NCBI GenBank assembly: GCA_002503985.1 | Contig: DASW01000007.1 | Span: 108,435-172,434, forward strand | From: Thermoplasmata archaeon UBA61 | GTDB taxonomy: Archaea > Thermoplasmatota > Thermoplasmata > Lutacidiplasmatales > UBA184 | Direction of reading: 5' to 3' | DNA length: 64,000 nucleotides | In this document: in pieces, positions 18,858-28,966 of the stretch | Numbering within the stretch: position 1 is the stretch's first letter | Layout: each line of letters opens with the position of its first letter | Program-made: the position numbers and the translations under genes | The notes under the pieces: generated by a model | The model's input: only the letters and a program-made list of their open reading frames with translations | Database searches by the model: none | Told to the model about the DNA's origin: nothing

Positions 18858-21800
18858 TTACGGGTCTGGCTCGTCGTTGGGAGCCCGCGGCGCGCGGCGC
18901 CACCCCTTCCAGATCCGGTCCTTTCCGAGGGCCAGCACTGCTGGGGTAAGGTACGTCTGCACCACGAACGCCTGCAGGAGAACGGCGATCCCGATGCCGA
19001 GGCCGACCCCTGCCAACATCCCCAGAGGGCTCGTGAGGCCAAGGAGGAGGAAGGCGCCTCCGAGGATGACCGCCGCGGCCGCGATGACCCCTCCCGCATG
19101 GGTGACGGCCTGCTGGATGGCCTCGATGGAACCCCGCCCCCGGGCCCGTTCCTCCCGGACCCGAGTGAGGAGGAGGACGTTGTAGTCCATCCCCAGCCCC
19201 AGGACGAGGATGAGGATGATGAGCGGAAGGAGGAAGATGAGGGCCTCATGTTCGACGATCCCGACCACGAAGTACGTGGACGCCCACCCCCACAGGATCG
19301 ACAGGCCGATCGCGCCGAGGGCGAGCACGGGGACGAACGCCGACCCGAGGATGATCAGCAGGATGAGGAAGAGGCCGACCGCCGCCCCGATCAACATCCC
19401 TTCGTTCGCGTGGTTGACCATCGACTGGATGTCCTGGGTCGTGGGAGCGGCCCCGCCGAACAGTACCTGTCGGACCTCGGGGTGACCGGTCGCGAACGTG
19501 TTCGCCCGGCTGTGCAGGTCATCGAGCACCGAGATCGCCGTCGCGGAGTACCCGCTCGCGTTGGTACCTATGTTGAAGAGGACCGTCGTCCCGTCGGCCC
19601 CGACGTAGGAACCCAGGGCCTCGTGGAGCGCGACCTGCTCCGCCGGTAGGAGGGTCGTGAAGTTCAGCCAAGCGTCGAGCGGCGCGCCACCCCCACCCAC
19701 CAGCGTGACGACGGAGGCGACACCCGGAGTCGTGGCCATCGTCGCGGCAAGGTCCGCGACGTCCCGGAACTCCGTGGCGTTGGCTCCGCTCGAGGACATG
19801 AGAGGCGCGGAGAAGTTGACCAGGGCGTAGCTCGGGGAGAAGTAACTCGCCCCGAACTGGTCCGTGAGCTGGTTGAAACCGACCTGGGCGGGGTTGGAGG
19901 ACGGGAGCCCGATGTTCGTGATGTCGTAGGAGACCGGCACGTTGAGCGCCACGACCACGACGGGGACCGAGAGCAGGGCGATGACCGCGATCACCGTGAT
20001 CGGCCGGCGCGTCGCGGTCCGCCCGGCGCGGGCGATGAAGTCCCGGTGGGACTCGATGCTCTGCCGTCGGCGCTCGGCGTACCGCTGGAACCGTGCGCCG
20101 GAGTTGGGCCAGAACACTCGCGGCCCGACCAGCATGAGGATCGACGGTAGGACCGTGAGGTTGACCAGGAGCGCGACCAGGACCGTGATGAAGAGAGCCT
20201 CGCCGAGCTGACCGAGGAAACTGATCCCCGACAAGGTGAGCGCGACCGTCACGACCATGACGGTGAGCCCGCTCGTCGTGATGCTCTGGCCCGCCCATCG
20301 CACCGTGGTCTCCACGGCCTTCGCCGGCGAGACGCCCCGGACCAGCTCCTCCCGGTACCGAGCCAACAAGAAGACCGAATAGTCGGTGCCGATGGCCATC
20401 AAGAACACCAACATGATCGACTCGATCTCGGGGTTGAACGGGCTGACGAAGGTGCCCAGCACGAAGATCATGGCCAGACCGACCACCATCGCCACGCCGA
20501 TCAGACCGAAGGAGAGCAGAGGGGCGGCGGGCGCCCGGAAGTAGAGGAGCATGATGACGAGGAGCACGACGATCGTCAGGACCAGGAGGAGGCTGATCGC
20601 CGACGTCGCCAGGTAGTTCACGGCATCGTCGAGCGGGGCCGCTCCGGTCTCGTAGTTGGTGATCCCCTCGTACGTCGTCGAGGAAGCGAGGACCTGGGAA
20701 ACGTCGTTCTGGATTTGGGAGACGTCAGCGTACGTCACCACCGACCCGTTGCTGGTGTAGGTGTCCGACACATCGAACGAGACCACGACGAGGGTCGCGG
20801 TCCCGGAGGGGTTCACGAACGATGAGTATAGCGACGCGGGGATCGGTAGCGGGAACCGGTCAATCGGATTCTCTCCGACCTGGTCGCCGACCCACGCCGC
20901 CACGGCAGTGAGGGAGGGGGGTGTCCCGGACGGGAAGGCATTCCAGAGAGTGAGCAGCCACGAGGGGGAGAGGCCGACCTCGGCCCCGAGCAGGGCCGTG
21001 ACGACCGCGTGCTGCGGGACGGGAAGGGTCCAGTTACCGAGAGCGAGGCCCGAGAGAACCGCCTCGGCGGCGGAGCGGTTCGCGGGAGAGGGGAACAGCC
21101 GAGGGACGGCCGTCGGGAGGGTGCTCCACATTGCGTTGTTGGCGCACGTCGTGACGTTCTCGGCTCTGAGAGAGCCGTTCGCGACGCTCTGGTTGAAACC
21201 GACGGTCGATCCACCGCTTCCGTTGTAGAAGACCGTGAGGACTTGGGCTTCCAGCGACCCGGAGGCGTACTCCCCACGGGTCTGGTTGAAGGCCGGCCAG
21301 TCCGCCTGCGACAGCGGCACGTCTCCGGAGAGGTTCGAGGCGATGCTCTCCCAGTTCCGGACGTAGGCGGCTGCGGGACCCCAGATTGTGGCGGCGGTCT
21401 GGTTCACCACCACGGGGAGCGAGGACGTACCGTTCAGCGCCGGTCCCAAGAACGACCATCCGAGCTCCACCTGGCCGGTCAGGTAGGCCGAGTACGCCGA
21501 GTAGACCGAGAGGACCGAGCTCACGTTCTTCAGACGGGGGTCCTGGGTCAACGATTGGGTGACCGCGATCGTGGCGTTCTTGCCCGCAGGTCCGATGATG
21601 TTGGAGGACTCGAGAAGGACGATCGCGGAGGAAGGGGACGACGCGGCATGCGGGAACTCGGCATTGTACGCGTTCTGGGCCAGGACGCTCTCGTCCGAGC
21701 TCGGGAGCGGATTACTGAACGTGTTCGTGATGACCGACCCTACGTTCGCGGCGGGCAGGATGCAGACCGCGATGATCGCGGTCCACACGATGAGCGACCG

Positions 21801-21893
21801 CCACGGATGCCGGACGATGCTGCGTCCGAGCCAACCGAGAGGGGAATCCCTGGCCCTCCCGCCGTTACGGGAGGGCGGCTGAGTTTCGGCCAT
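18858..21893 (-). CDS. MMPL/RND-superfamily membrane exporter with large extracytoplasmic domain
   Basis: Two 6-TM bundles with MMPL-type motifs (TDYSVFLLARYREE, GMDYNVLLLTRVREE). Large N-x-S/T-rich loop. Confidence 0.85.
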   Translation of the reverse strand: MAETQPPSRNGGRARDSPLGWLGRSIVRHPWRSLIVWTAIIAVCILPAANVGSVITNTFSNPLPSSDESVLAQNAYNAEFPHAASSPSSAIVLLESSNIIGPAGKNATIAVTQSLTQDPRLKNVSSVLSVYSAYSAYLTGQVELGWSFLGPALNGTSSLPVVVNQTAATIWGPAAAYVRNWESIASNLSGDVPLSQADWPAFNQTRGEYASGSLEAQVLTVFYNGSGGSTVGFNQSVANGSLRAENVTTCANNAMWSTLPTAVPRLFPSPANRSAAEAVLSGLALGNWTLPVPQHAVVTALLGAEVGLSPSWLLTLWNAFPSGTPPSLTAVAAWVGDQVGENPIDRFPLPIPASLYSSFVNPSGTATLVVVSFDVSDTYTSNGSVVTYADVSQIQNDVSQVLASSTTYEGITNYETGAAPLDDAVNYLATSAISLLLVLTIVVLLVIMLLYFRAPAAPLLSFGLIGVAMVVGLAMIFVLGTFVSPFNPEIESIMLVFLMAIGTDYSVFLLARYREELVRGVSPAKAVETTVRWAGQSITTSGLTVMVVTVALTLSGISFLGQLGEALFITVLVALLVNLTVLPSILMLVGPRVFWPNSGARFQRYAERRRQSIESHRDFIARAGRTATRRPITVIAVIALLSVPVVVVALNVPVSYDITNIGLPSSNPAQVGFNQLTDQFGASYFSPSYALVNFSAPLMSSSGANATEFRDVADLAATMATTPGVASVVTLVGGGGAPLDAWLNFTTLLPAEQVALHEALGSYVGADGTTVLFNIGTNASGYSATAISVLDDLHSRANTFATGHPEVRQVLFGGAAPTTQDIQSMVNHANEGMLIGAAVGLFLILLIILGSAFVPVLALGAIGLSILWGWASTYFVVGIVEHEALIFLLPLIILILVLGLGMDYNVLLLTRVREERARGRGSIEAIQQAVTHAGGVIAAAAVILGGAFLLLGLTSPLGMLAGVGLGIGIAVLLQAFVVQTYLTPAVLALGKDRIWKGWRRAPRAPNDEPDP

Positions 21894-22033
21894 GGAACGC
21901 TCTATAGACGATTCCAGTCCTCCGAGACTCCCCGAAGAACGGAAGGTCCGGCCACAGGCTTAGAGGGTCACGTCAACCCCTGTTCACCGCGGGGGGGGTC
22001 GTGGGTTAATACCGCGCCGGGATTCGAGGGGCG

Positions 22034-22969
22034 GTGAACGCCGGCCCGCGGCCTTCCCGGCACTTTCGGCTCCAGGAGCTCGCGAGCGGCGTGCATGCGG
22101 CGGTGGCCGTCGACGGGGGATACGCCCTCTCGAACTCGGCGGTCGTCGACCTCGGGGGGGCGACCCTCGTCTTCGATACGGGGCTCACCCCTCGCTCGGG
22201 CGCGGACCTCGCGCGCGCTGCCCGACGGCTCACCGGCCGCCCGGCGGACTACCTCGTAAACAGCCACTGGCATCATGACCACATCCGGGGGAACCAGGTG
22301 TTCGCGAACCCTCGGGTCATCGCCACGACCGAGACATGGGAACTGATCCGGACCCGAGGAGCCGAGGATGTGGCTAGCGACCGCGCCGAGGCGAAGGTCC
22401 GCTGGGAGGAGTTCGCCGCGGGAAAGGTCCCCACCCCACCCCGCGACCGCGCCCTTCTCCGGGGCTGGCTCGGGGGGATCGTCGATTCGTTGCCCAAGCT
22501 ACGGCTGACGCTGCCGAACCTCACCTTCGATTCGGAGCTCGTCCTTCGGGGCACCCGACGCACGGCCCGGATCCTCACCTACGGCGGGGGTCACTCGCCG
22601 AGCGACACGTTCGTCTTTCTTCCGGACGACCGCATCGCCTTCCTCGGGGACCTCCTCTCGAACGGCTACCATCCTTGGCTCGGGGACGGCAACCCCGACA
22701 CGCTCGTGCAGATCCTCGACCGGATCTCCTCCCTCGGCCCGCGGACCCTGTTGCCGGGTCATGGCGCCCCGGGGGGCCCCCGCGTCCTCTCCGCGATGCG
22801 GGAGTATGTCACGTCCGCCCAGCGCCAGGTCGCCCGTCACCGTCGGGCGCACCGCCCTCGCAAGGAGCTCGCCGGCCTCGCGATCCCCGAAAAGTTCCGG
22901 AACTGGAAGTTCTCCTCGTTCTACCCCGATACGCTCCGGTTCCTGTACGGACGCGCCGCCCGGGGGTGA
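22034..22969 (+). CDS. MBL-fold metallo-hydrolase
   Basis: HWHHDH motif. GTG start in the ORF track. Confidence 0.85.
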   Translation: MNAGPRPSRHFRLQELASGVHAAVAVDGGYALSNSAVVDLGGATLVFDTGLTPRSGADLARAARRLTGRPADYLVNSHWHHDHIRGNQVFANPRVIATTETWELIRTRGAEDVASDRAEAKVRWEEFAAGKVPTPPRDRALLRGWLGGIVDSLPKLRLTLPNLTFDSELVLRGTRRTARILTYGGGHSPSDTFVFLPDDRIAFLGDLLSNGYHPWLGDGNPDTLVQILDRISSLGPRTLLPGHGAPGGPRVLSAMREYVTSAQRQVARHRRAHRPRKELAGLAIPEKFRNWKFSSFYPDTLRFLYGRAARG

Positions 22970-23001
22970 CCTGCGCCGGCGACGCGGGCCTCGACCGTGC
23001 G

Positions 23002-24639
23002 TCAGGCCGGTCGGACGCCTTCGAGGAGCGAGTCAAGGAGACCGATCGGGGGGCATCCGAGGCCGAGCAGGGTGTCGTGAAACGAGCGCAGGTTCCCCCC
23101 GAACGTCGGCTCCAGGAAGCGGGAGCGGGCGTTCAGGATCGCGAGCTTCCCGAGGGTGTAGCAGAAGTACTCGGGGTTGAACGTCCCGCGGATCGCTTCC
23201 CGCTCGGCCGGAAGCCGTTCGAGGTGCGCCTCCGTCTGGAAGAGCCGCGTCGCCGCCTCGAGGGTCATCCCGCTCGTGTGGAGGCCGATGGACACGAGGA
23301 GCCGAGTGTCCCGCAAGAGGGCGTCGTGGATCTGCGCAACCTCCGAGAGGACGTTCTCCCGGCCAAGACCCTTCTCGACCGCGAGCTGCTCCGAGTAGTG
23401 CGCCCATCCTTCAGTGAACGAGGACGAGAGGTAGACCTTCCGCGCGAGGCTGCCGGTCGACCGTCGGAAGTGCAGGAACTGAAGATAGTGCCCCGGGTAG
23501 ACCTCGTGGACCGTGGTGTTCCGAAGCATCGACCGGTTGAACGACCGGAGCCACTCCTCCTGCTGCTGGTCCGTCCATTTCAGGTCGACCGGGGTCACGT
23601 AGTAGATGCCCTCCGTCGAGGTCGCGTCGAACGGTCCGGGCGGGTTCATGCTGGCCGTGGAGAGCGCGCGCCCCCAGACCGGGGTCTCCTCGACCCGGCA
23701 CCGGGCTTCCTCGGGAATGGTGGCTAGGGCGTGGTCTTTGACGAACCGACGCGTCTCTTCCACGAACTCCTGGGCCATGGGAAGAACCTCGGCCGCCGTC
23801 GGGTGGTCGGTGTTGAGGCGAACGAACAGCTCGGGGACCGTCACGTTCTCCGCGTGTGCGATCTCCTCGAGGCGGTGCTGGTTGCGGGAGAGGTCGGCCG
23901 CCCCAGCCCGACGGATGTCCTCGAACGGGGCCTCGATCCCTTCCCGGACGAACAGGAGCTGCTGGTAGCGGGCCGGCCCGAGGGCGAAGTCCGGGATCGC
24001 CCGAGGGACCTGGTACTCTCGGAGCCACGCGAGGAACTCCGTGACGGCCGCTTCGGCGGGGACACGGACCGCGCGGACCTCCTCGGCGAGGTGGGCGCGA
24101 CCGGCGAACTCCTCGGCTTCGGCGAAGTGGGAGGGGAGGCCGCTTCCGATCGCGAGGGACAGCTCGAGGAACGGCTTCGGGAGGGGTCCGCGGAGGCGGT
24201 CGCGGCCCTCTCGCAATAGCCGCGGGACCTGCTCGAGCGTCCGAACGATCGGGCCGACGCGCTGCTCCACCGGAGCGTAGTCGCGGCTCAGGTAGGCCGT
24301 GAGCGAAACGGCGCCGAGGTAGTTCATCGGGTTCCGTTCGAGGTCGGAGACCATGCGAAGGTCGAAGAGCGGACTTTCGAGGAGCAGGCTGAGGAGGAAG
24401 CCGTCGGCCTTTCGATCGGGGGAGAGCGACCCTGGGGAGACGGCGGCGAGGCGCGCGAGCAGGTCGTCCGCGCCCCGTATCCATCGGTCGGTCCCCGAAG
24501 GGGAGAGGTCGGGAAGGCGGCCGTCGTACGCATGGAGTCCGAGCCCCACCGCGTAGGAAGGGTACAGGACGAACAGGTGGTCGACGACCTCTCGCTCGAT
24601 CGAGTCAAACTCGGGGACCGGCGAGGTCGGAAGGCTCAT
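23002..24639 (-). CDS. DUF885-family putative metallopeptidase
   Basis: HEVYPGHY (HExxPGH) motif. ~545 aa. Confidence 0.8.
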   Translation of the reverse strand: MSLPTSPVPEFDSIEREVVDHLFVLYPSYAVGLGLHAYDGRLPDLSPSGTDRWIRGADDLLARLAAVSPGSLSPDRKADGFLLSLLLESPLFDLRMVSDLERNPMNYLGAVSLTAYLSRDYAPVEQRVGPIVRTLEQVPRLLREGRDRLRGPLPKPFLELSLAIGSGLPSHFAEAEEFAGRAHLAEEVRAVRVPAEAAVTEFLAWLREYQVPRAIPDFALGPARYQQLLFVREGIEAPFEDIRRAGAADLSRNQHRLEEIAHAENVTVPELFVRLNTDHPTAAEVLPMAQEFVEETRRFVKDHALATIPEEARCRVEETPVWGRALSTASMNPPGPFDATSTEGIYYVTPVDLKWTDQQQEEWLRSFNRSMLRNTTVHEVYPGHYLQFLHFRRSTGSLARKVYLSSSFTEGWAHYSEQLAVEKGLGRENVLSEVAQIHDALLRDTRLLVSIGLHTSGMTLEAATRLFQTEAHLERLPAEREAIRGTFNPEYFCYTLGKLAILNARSRFLEPTFGGNLRSFHDTLLGLGCPPIGLLDSLLEGVRPA

Positions 24640-24703
24640 GGTTCGGGGAACTGGTGGGGCTCAAAAGCTCGCGGTCGAAGCGGCCCGTGCCGCGGTCGGT
24701 CCC

Positions 24704-25027
24704 TCACTCAGCCCAGGTCATCCGGCAGCTCGGGCAGGTCTTGCCCTCGAGCAGTGTTCCGCAGACGAAGCACTTGGATAGCCCATCGGGCGGAGGGGAC
24801 GGCGGCGGAGTCGGCTCGGATACCGGGCGGTCGGGCAGCGGGGGCGGAATCTGCGGCGGCGCGGGCGCGGCAGGAACGACGGGAGCCGGAACGGGGGCCT
24901 CGGCGGGGGGAGCGGGAACGGCGGGGGTCCGCTCCTCGGTGGGAGAAGGGGAAGGTTCGGTCGAGGCCGGCGTCTCGGTTCCCGGCTCGTCCTCCTTGTC
25001 CCGACGGAAGCGTCGGAAGAGGGACAT
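24704..25027 (-). CDS. small Pro-rich protein with C-terminal zinc ribbon
   Basis: CFVCGTLLEGKTCPSC at the C-terminus. Pro/Ala-rich linker. Confidence 0.45.
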   Translation of the reverse strand: MSLFRRFRRDKEDEPGTETPASTEPSPSPTEERTPAVPAPPAEAPVPAPVVPAAPAPPQIPPPLPDRPVSEPTPPPSPPPDGLSKCFVCGTLLEGKTCPSCRMTWAE

Positions 25028-25111
25028 CGGTGGACGGGAGCCAGATTCCCCTCTTTACTCCGGCGTCGAAGGGTCCGCACACGTTTTTCGGCCGGGCGGC
25101 TCTCCTCTACC

Positions 25112-25585
25112 ATGACCTCGACCCCTTCCGAACGGCTTCGCGAGCTCGGACTCGTGCTTCCCCCGCCTCCGCGGCCCGCGGGCACCTACTCCCCGGTCGT
25201 CCTCGACGAGGAGCGGGCCTGGGTCTCAGGGCAAATCGTGACCGAGGCGGGAAGTGTCGTGCACCCCGGGCTCGTGGACCGGGACGTGCCCATAGAGGTC
25301 GCTCGAGACCTCGCTCGCCGCGCCGCGCTTCAGGCGTTGAGCGCGCTGGCGGCCGAGCTGGGGTCGATCGACCATGTTCGACGTTTCCTTCGGGTCACGG
25401 TCTATGTGGCCTCATCACCGGGGTTCGCTCGGCAGCATGAGGTGGCGAACGGGGCGACCGACCTCCTGGTCCAGGTGTTCGGCGAGGCCGGGCGGCCGGC
25501 GCGCGCGGCGGTCGGCGTCGCCGGCCTCCCGCTCAACGCGCCGGTCGAAGTCGAGTTCCTGGTCGGGACGGTACCGCTCCGGTGA
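25112..25585 (+). CDS. RidA/YjgF-family protein
   Basis: Sequence matches the RidA/YjgF family; ~157 aa. Confidence 0.85.
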   Translation: MTSTPSERLRELGLVLPPPPRPAGTYSPVVLDEERAWVSGQIVTEAGSVVHPGLVDRDVPIEVARDLARRAALQALSALAAELGSIDHVRRFLRVTVYVASSPGFARQHEVANGATDLLVQVFGEAGRPARAAVGVAGLPLNAPVEVEFLVGTVPLR

Positions 25586-26241
25586 AGCCCGCCCCCTGGG
25601 AGAGGGTCTACCGGGAGGGACGAGACCTCTACACGGTCAATCGAAACCCCGGAACGAAAGTCTACGGGGAGGCGCTCTCGACGGTCGATGGGGTCGAGTA
25701 TCGGGCCTGGGACCCGTTCCGCTCGAAGCTCGCGGCCTTTCTGCTGAAGGGGGCTCCCGCGGACGTCCTCGGCCGGCCCCCCCGGACCGTCCTCTACCTC
25801 GGAGCGGCCCACGGAACGACCGTGAGCCATCTCTCCGACCTCTGGCCCGAGGCCACCCTCTTTGCGATCGAGAAGAGCCCGACCTCGTTCGCCCGGCTCC
25901 TCGCGCTCGCTCGGCAGCGACCCGGGCTCGTCCCGATCCTGGCCGACGCCCAACTGCCCGAGCGCTACCAGGCGGACGTCGGGGCGGTCGAGCTGCTCTA
26001 TCAGGACATCGCTCAGCGGAACCAGGCCGGGATCTTTGTCGAGAACGCCAGAGCCTGCCTCTCTCCCCGCGGTCGCGGGATCCTGATGCTCAAGGTCCGG
26101 TCGGTCACCCAGCAACGCCCGACGGCGACCGTCGTTCGGGAGGCGCGGTCCGCGCTATCGGCGGCCCGTCTCGCCGTCGCCTACGAGACGGCCCTCACCC
26201 CGTTCTCGCGCGAGCACGCCGCCCTGGCGGTAGTAGCCTAG
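25582..26241 (+). CDS. flpA: fibrillarin-like 2'-O-methyltransferase
   Basis: LYLGAAHGTTVSHLSD matches the fibrillarin SAM motif. GTG start overlapping the RidA stop (GTGA). Confidence 0.7.
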   Translation: MKPAPWERVYREGRDLYTVNRNPGTKVYGEALSTVDGVEYRAWDPFRSKLAAFLLKGAPADVLGRPPRTVLYLGAAHGTTVSHLSDLWPEATLFAIEKSPTSFARLLALARQRPGLVPILADAQLPERYQADVGAVELLYQDIAQRNQAGIFVENARACLSPRGRGILMLKVRSVTQQRPTATVVREARSALSAARLAVAYETALTPFSREHAALAVVA

Positions 26242-26320
26242 CGACGACGCACCTTTCACCCACCGCCGGGGGCTGGCGCGCGAAATAGCAGGCCCCCCAT
26301 CCTCGACCCCGGGTGGTCGC

Positions 26321-28573
26321 GTGACGGAGGTCCGCACCGAAGGGGCGTCCCGCCTCCTTCCAATCGCGGTGGACTCGATCCTCCTCGTGGGACTGCTCGT
26401 CACGACCCTCGGGCATTCGGGAGCCCCCGTATCCTCGGAACTCCTCGCGAACACCCTCTCCCATCCCTCCAACGACGCTTCGGCGGTCGACCTCGCCATC
26501 GACCCGCCATCCTACGAGATGCGCACCGGCTCCAACCTCACCGTCCAGGCCGTCTGGTCGGCCGGAACTCCTCTCTGCCGCGTAACGGCCCTTTGGTACC
26601 GCTGGTCGGTTGACAACGGGAGCGCGACGGGGTTCCTGAACGCCAGCATCGGACCGTCCGCGACGTTCACCGCGGAATCGTTCGGTTCGGGAACGGTGCC
26701 CGTGTCCGTCCGGTCGGGAGCCGTGCTCGACTGCAGCGGGAACGAGACGGTTGTCGGACGGTCGAACCGAACGAGCATCTCGATCGTCGTTCCCCTCTCG
26801 TTGTCGGGGGTCGATGTCGGACCGAACCCCATGGCACCCGGGAACACGGCCGTCCTCGAAGGTACGGTCACCGGAGGTGAACTTCCGTACACCGTGGAGG
26901 TTACCTGGGGCGACGGCGCCCATTCTACGGTCGCCGTTCCTGCATCGGGCCCCTTCTCGGTCGGCCACCCGTTCTCGGCAGGGGAATTTGTCCCCTTCGT
27001 GGTCGCGAACGACGTCGGTGGCAGTTTCGTCAACGTCTCGGTCGCGGAGGCCCTCTCCGTTGGGACCGGCCTCGAGGTGGCCATTACCCCGGCCAGCTAC
27101 GTGGCGGTGGTTGGGGTCCCGGCCGAGTTCACCGGGGTTGCCGAGAGCAAACCGGCCGGGGCGGTGACGCTGTTCGATTGCTCGAACGCTACTGTCGGTC
27201 CGGACCCCACTTCCCCGGCGTCTCCCAACGCGACCCCGTTCTCCTGCACGTTCATCGCACCGGGGACCCAGGAGGTCCTCTTCGGCGCGTACCCTCCCCA
27301 ACCCGGAGGGACATCGGCGAGCATCGTCCTCTACGAGAACGTCGTGACCGCGCCACAACTATCGGCGACGCCCGTCGAATCGGTGGGGGAGGAGGGCAGC
27401 ACCGCGCTCGTCCAGGTCCACCTCTCCGGTGGTGCCCTACCGATCTCACTAACGTGGAATCTTTCGGGAAACCGGTCGGGGGGCGCCGAGACCGTCGGTT
27501 CTGACGGAAGTGGGGTCCTGAGGGTCCCGCTCGGGGTCGCGGGGGAGTACACGCTCGGGGTCCGGGCGAGCGACGCCCTGGGAGACATGGGAACGAGCGT
27601 GACGGCGACCGTCTGGGTCGACCCCCCGCTCGATGCCAACGTGACCGGCGCCCGTTCTCTCGTTTCCTACGGCGCGGTCGCAGAGGTCGCCGGCGAGGTG
27701 CTCTCTGGCTGTCCGCCGTTCTCCTGGTGGGTCGTCCCTGACCTCGCACCCGCGAACGGGTCGCCCGGGAACGGGACCCTCCCGGACGTCGGAGCGTTCT
27801 CCTGGAACGGGTCGTACGACCAAGAAGGGAACCTTTCGCTTACCGCGGGAGTAGCCGATGGGTGCGGGGCTACCTGGCGGACGGGGCTCGAGGTCCCGCT
27901 CATCCCTATCCTGTCGGCCGAGGTCGCCGTCGCCTCGGGGCCGACCTCGCCCAACGAAACGCTCGCGGTCAACCTGTCGGTTCAGGGCGGACAGTCGCCG
28001 TTCCAACTGTACGTGAACGCGAGCGACAACGAATCCTGGAACCGAACGCTGCCGTCGGACGGGACGTACCGTTGGCTGTTTCCCGCACACGCGAACGGCT
28101 CACTGGAGGTACTGGTTTCGGTGACAGACCGTCTGGGCAAAGACCTCGAGACCCACCTTACGGTCGCCCTGATTGCCCCAGCGGAGCCGACCGTTCCTCC
28201 GCCTCCCCCTTCGACGCTGCCCGGACCATTCGGTAATTCGACCACCACGGCCCCGATGGACCCGACCTGGCTGCTGCTGGCTCTCATTCCGGCGGGTGGC
28301 ATCGCGACGGTCGTGTTCCTACGGGGGCGTCGAGCTCGAAAGACACGCGGCGAAACTCCCGGACCAGACCCCGTAGAGACACTCAAGCGCATTATCGAGC
28401 CGGCCGAAGGCGCGGAGCGATTCACTGTCGAGCTATTGGCAGAGGAAGCGGGGATTCCGCTCGCCGTCGTTCGCTCGACCATCGACCGACTGGTCTCCGA
28501 GGGCGCGATCCGCTCGGAGAGCGGAGCCGACGGGGAGGAGGTGCTTTCGTGGTCATCCGAAGCTGGTCGGTAA
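26321..28573 (+). CDS. large secreted PKD/Ig-like repeat protein with C-terminal TM helix and cytoplasmic wHTH-like tail
   Basis: N-terminal hydrophobic segment. Repeated ~90-aa beta-rich modules with N-x-S/T sequons. TM helix WLLLALIPAGGIATVVFL, then RGRRARK and an HTH-like tail. Confidence 0.7.
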   Translation: MTEVRTEGASRLLPIAVDSILLVGLLVTTLGHSGAPVSSELLANTLSHPSNDASAVDLAIDPPSYEMRTGSNLTVQAVWSAGTPLCRVTALWYRWSVDNGSATGFLNASIGPSATFTAESFGSGTVPVSVRSGAVLDCSGNETVVGRSNRTSISIVVPLSLSGVDVGPNPMAPGNTAVLEGTVTGGELPYTVEVTWGDGAHSTVAVPASGPFSVGHPFSAGEFVPFVVANDVGGSFVNVSVAEALSVGTGLEVAITPASYVAVVGVPAEFTGVAESKPAGAVTLFDCSNATVGPDPTSPASPNATPFSCTFIAPGTQEVLFGAYPPQPGGTSASIVLYENVVTAPQLSATPVESVGEEGSTALVQVHLSGGALPISLTWNLSGNRSGGAETVGSDGSGVLRVPLGVAGEYTLGVRASDALGDMGTSVTATVWVDPPLDANVTGARSLVSYGAVAEVAGEVLSGCPPFSWWVVPDLAPANGSPGNGTLPDVGAFSWNGSYDQEGNLSLTAGVADGCGATWRTGLEVPLIPILSAEVAVASGPTSPNETLAVNLSVQGGQSPFQLYVNASDNESWNRTLPSDGTYRWLFPAHANGSLEVLVSVTDRLGKDLETHLTVALIAPAEPTVPPPPPSTLPGPFGNSTTTAPMDPTWLLLALIPAGGIATVVFLRGRRARKTRGETPGPDPVETLKRIIEPAEGAERFTVELLAEEAGIPLAVVRSTIDRLVSEGAIRSESGADGEEVLSWSSEAGR

Positions 28574-28956
28574 CTCATCTAGGAACGGGCGCCTCCCGAA
28601 GGACTCGGACGATTGCATTCCTTCTCATCGCCCTGGCGACCGTACCCGTACCGGCAGGCCATTCCTCCCCACCTCCCGTACTCGGTCTCCGGACCTTCGG
28701 AACAGCCCCTTCGACCCCCGTGAGCAACTTCTCAGCTTCGATCAATCGTCTGGTCGACTTGGTGGCTCTCGCGGGGAGCGGGATCCTATCGCTCGTCTGG
28801 GCTCGCGTCGCATTAAGCTGGTTCTCCAATGACATTACCAAGAAGATCCAAGCGAAGGACCGCGCCCGGGACGCCTTGATTGGAACCTTGTTGTTCATGG
28901 CGGCGGTCACCGGACTCCTCTACGGGCTCGCCCACTGGGTTCTCACGGGCAGTTAG
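28549..28956 (+). CDS. small membrane protein (signal peptide + 2 TM; pilin/VirB2-like architecture)
   Basis: RRTRTIAFLLIALATVPVPAG looks like a signal sequence; a second TM lies near the C-terminus. Overlaps the upstream gene's end. Confidence 0.5.
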   Translation: MVIRSWSVTHLGTGASRRTRTIAFLLIALATVPVPAGHSSPPPVLGLRTFGTAPSTPVSNFSASINRLVDLVALAGSGILSLVWARVALSWFSNDITKKIQAKDRARDALIGTLLFMAAVTGLLYGLAHWVLTGS

Positions 28957-28966
28957 GAGGGACAGG

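Noticed and set aside
21009-22037. 342-aa plus-strand ORF inside the MMPL gene region, and the similar 23411..24484, 25374..26288 and 26195..27358 minus/plus-strand ORFs.
   Set aside because: They overlap strongly supported genes on the other strand or frame. Their composition, dominated by R/G/P/D, is characteristic of GC-rich non-coding frames.
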